From Lingula anatina (taxonomy: Eukaryota > Animalia > Brachiopoda), in assembly GCA_051362555.1 (NCBI GenBank), contig CM120640.1, positions 8,494,001 through 8,558,000 on the forward strand: a DNA stretch of 64,000 bases, read 5' to 3'. This document shows, in pieces, positions 61,384-64,000 of this stretch (its first letter is position 1; each line of letters opens with the position of its first letter). Both the position numbers and the translations under genes were made by a program. Below the pieces are notes generated by a model that did no database searches, had not been told where the DNA came from, and was given only the letters and a program-made list of their open reading frames with translations.

Positions 61384-63844
61384 GTATCATTGTACACATA
61401 CCACTGTTAATGTAGTTCCACAATGTCAATGGTAAGGATAATCTATAAATATAGATTGTCTGCAATTTAAAAGATAAAACCTTATTATAAATATTTATTT
61501 AGATTGTACTCAGTGCATCTTATAAATGTGCGTGGTTCTGCTCCAGCTTATCCTTACAACCATTTGAACATCCATTATGCACAAAAGAAGGGGTGATATT
61601 CGACTTAATGTAAGTAGAATAATTATCGTATATTCAATACCTAAAGTTTTTTTACCTATTATAAACTCAGTTTATGTGATTAACTGGTTTAAATGTTAAA
61701 ATGCACACAATATACACTTTTCCATGATAACTTTAACTAAAAGAAAATATTACAATTAGTGAACTTCAAGAAAATAACATGAACTCTTTTAATTCAAAGA
61801 AGTGAGGTTTAACCATTAATGTAATGTTTCCCATTGCATGTTGTAGGAATATTGTTCCATTCTTGAAGAAGTACAAAGTGAGCCCTGTTACCGGAAAGGT
61901 TGGTTATGATGGCCTATATTGTTTTTCAACTTTATTTTAATAAGCATTCAGTAGATACCTCAAAAGTGAAAAAAAAGTGAAATAGTTTATGGTTTTTCAT
62001 CATTTATAAAACCAACCCAAAAAAGACAAAACTGTCGTACTCAAAAATTAAAATTTAACATTTGGGGTAACTAGTTAAATATATTGATGGTGATTTTCTT
62101 CCTTCCAGCCTATGTCTGCCAAGGAGCTGATAAAACTCAATTTTTACAAAAACAGTGAAGGTGAGTTTATTTTTAGTTACCATATGTGTGTCCTTTTGTA
62201 AACATGTATGTCAAACATTAAATATCAAATGTATTGGTGACAAATTGTTTGATACATATACAGTATCTATGATCTGTGATTTGTATTATGTATATGTTCC
62301 AGATAAATACCACTGCCCAGTAACATTCAAGGTGTTCAACGAAAACTCACACATTGTTGCTATTAAGCCAACTGGAAATGTGTTTTCATATGATGTGAGC
62401 TATTTACAACTTTTATTTGTATATTTTGATTTTTTTGTCTTCTTCCTACATGTTCAAATGTGTTATTCAAACTATATTAGAAGACTTAGTGCATAGTTTG
62501 TATTTTCTTTGTCATTTAGAAAAATAAATACATTAAATGCTTAATTTGTTATTCAATATCATACAAGTGTAATTAATTTTCTGGCTGTTTGCTTTGCAGG
62601 CAGTAGAAAGACTGAATCTCAAAACAGGACATTTAAAGGACTTGATCAATGATGAGCCCTTCACAAGAGCTGATATAATCACAATACAAGTATGTCAGTG
62701 CATTGCTAAACTTCAGAAGTCTTTGATATGAACAACCAGTTTGTACAGTATGTGGCAAATGTAAATGCTATGCAGTGAACAAAGGATTCTAAAAGATAAA
62801 AAGTATAAAAGGAGAATTGTGAAGTCTTGAGCTTCTAATTTAATCAGATATATGTAGTGAATATTGTTCACTTTGCACAAAATGTATGTTTTTGTTCATT
62901 GATAGGAGAAGTTGTCAAGACAAAAAACTATGAGAGCTCCCATCATCAGCCCTTGATGATTTTTATGTTAATTTTGAAAAATACTATTACAGGACCCTAC
63001 TAATCTGGACAAATTTAATTTGGCAAACTTCTATCATTTGAAAAATAATGTCAAGGTGGAAGATGAGGGTAAGTGCTTTGTCTTGAATACTCATACATGA
63101 GATTTTATCATATCTAATTGAAGGAGCTGTTTTAAGTCCTCTAACTTATTGCAAGGTAATTTCTCTTCTAATTTTTGCATCAGGTCTAAGTTGTTGACAA
63201 ATGCAGTATATTTTCTAAGAATTTAAAGCTTTTCTTATCATTTACTTTTATTCGTTTTAGATGAAGTCCTTGCCAGAAAAGATCCTAAATTTCACCTGAA
63301 ATCCATAAATGCTGAAACTAGAGATGTCTTGAATACATTAGATAAAGAATATAAAGCACCAGTAAGTGCACATCATAAGAAGAGAATCTAATATAACCTA
63401 AGATATGTCAGTCTATAGCCAATAGATGAAAAGGCTAAGGAATTCCTTATTGAAATAAATATGTATATTTAACCCAAAAATGTTTTTTTCTGTCCTGTTT
63501 GAAATGTAAAATTGATATTTTCATTTCAGGAGAAAACAGTTGTGGAAAAGAAAGTTGCTGACAAGTTCAATGCTGTAAGTACATTATTTGTGTATGTGGC
63601 TTTCAGACAAGACTAATCTGTGAATCTAAATACACATCTTTTGCTGCTTATCATGAGTTTTTTGTGCAGCAGTCAATATTTCATCTAAGTGGACTACAGA
63701 TTTTTCTTTTCACATCAAAGTGGACTAATGCTATTTGTGAAAACAGGGCATGTTGTTTTTCTTTCTAGGCATCTTATTCCACAGGCAGGGTTGCCGCATC
63801 ATTCACATCTACAGCTATGGACCCCGAAACCAGACATGAAGCAG
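60259..63844 (+). CDS. PPIL2: Peptidyl-prolyl isomerase-like 2 (Cyp60, U-box E3 ligase), 5' part; continues past window
   Basis: MGKKQHQKDKL|YLTCTEWTHLYGG..FRRLPFHCC|SLSLQPFEHP..YHCPVTFKVF..TGNVFSYD|AVERLN..DIITIQ|DPTNLDKFN..YSTGRVAASFTSTAM; exons 60259-60290, 61155-61256, 61547-61609, 61847-61898, 62109-62160, 62303-62394, 62600-62689, 62993-63068, 63261-63361, 63530-63574, 63769-63844. Confidence 0.95.
61326..61378. repeat. (TA)n microsatellite
   Basis: Pure TA run in a PPIL2 intron. Confidence 0.95.
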
Positions 63845-64000
63845 GTTTGTGCTCACCATTTACAGACATATTAAAAGGAAACCAATTCATGTAATGTGAT
63901 TAACCTGTTTATCAATTTATTAGGATGTTTGAATTGTAGCAGTTAGAAGCTGTTGTGTTATGCTCATTCTGATAAATGCATTTCTTGAGATCATATATAT

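Overview
AT-rich, intron-containing animal genomic DNA (GT-AG introns, microsatellites, MITEs; most consistent with a marine invertebrate such as a lophotrochozoan, though the taxon cannot be proven from the sequence). Left to right: (1) a minus-strand multi-exon gene joining an N-terminal Neuralized-homology (NHR) domain to a Roc GTPase-COR module, running off the window; (2) a 4-exon Rv2258c-like SAM methyltransferase with a ~170-aa His/Gly-rich insert; (3) an intact, apparently very young Ty3/Gypsy element (596-bp LTRs that read as identical, ATAT TSD, -1 frameshift signal) nested with a TTAA element inside a small MITE; (4) a decayed Tc1 transposase; (5) ABCB8 head-to-head with an OGFR-domain gene; (6) a ~7.7-8.2 kb tandem duplication carrying a convergent pair, a GNAT acetyltransferase and an intronless ER-type JmjC/EF-hand hydroxylase, intact in the right copy and damaged in the left; (7) the 5' part of PPIL2. 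Exon coordinates were read by hand and may be off by a few bases. No database searches were possible, so family calls rest on recognised motifs.
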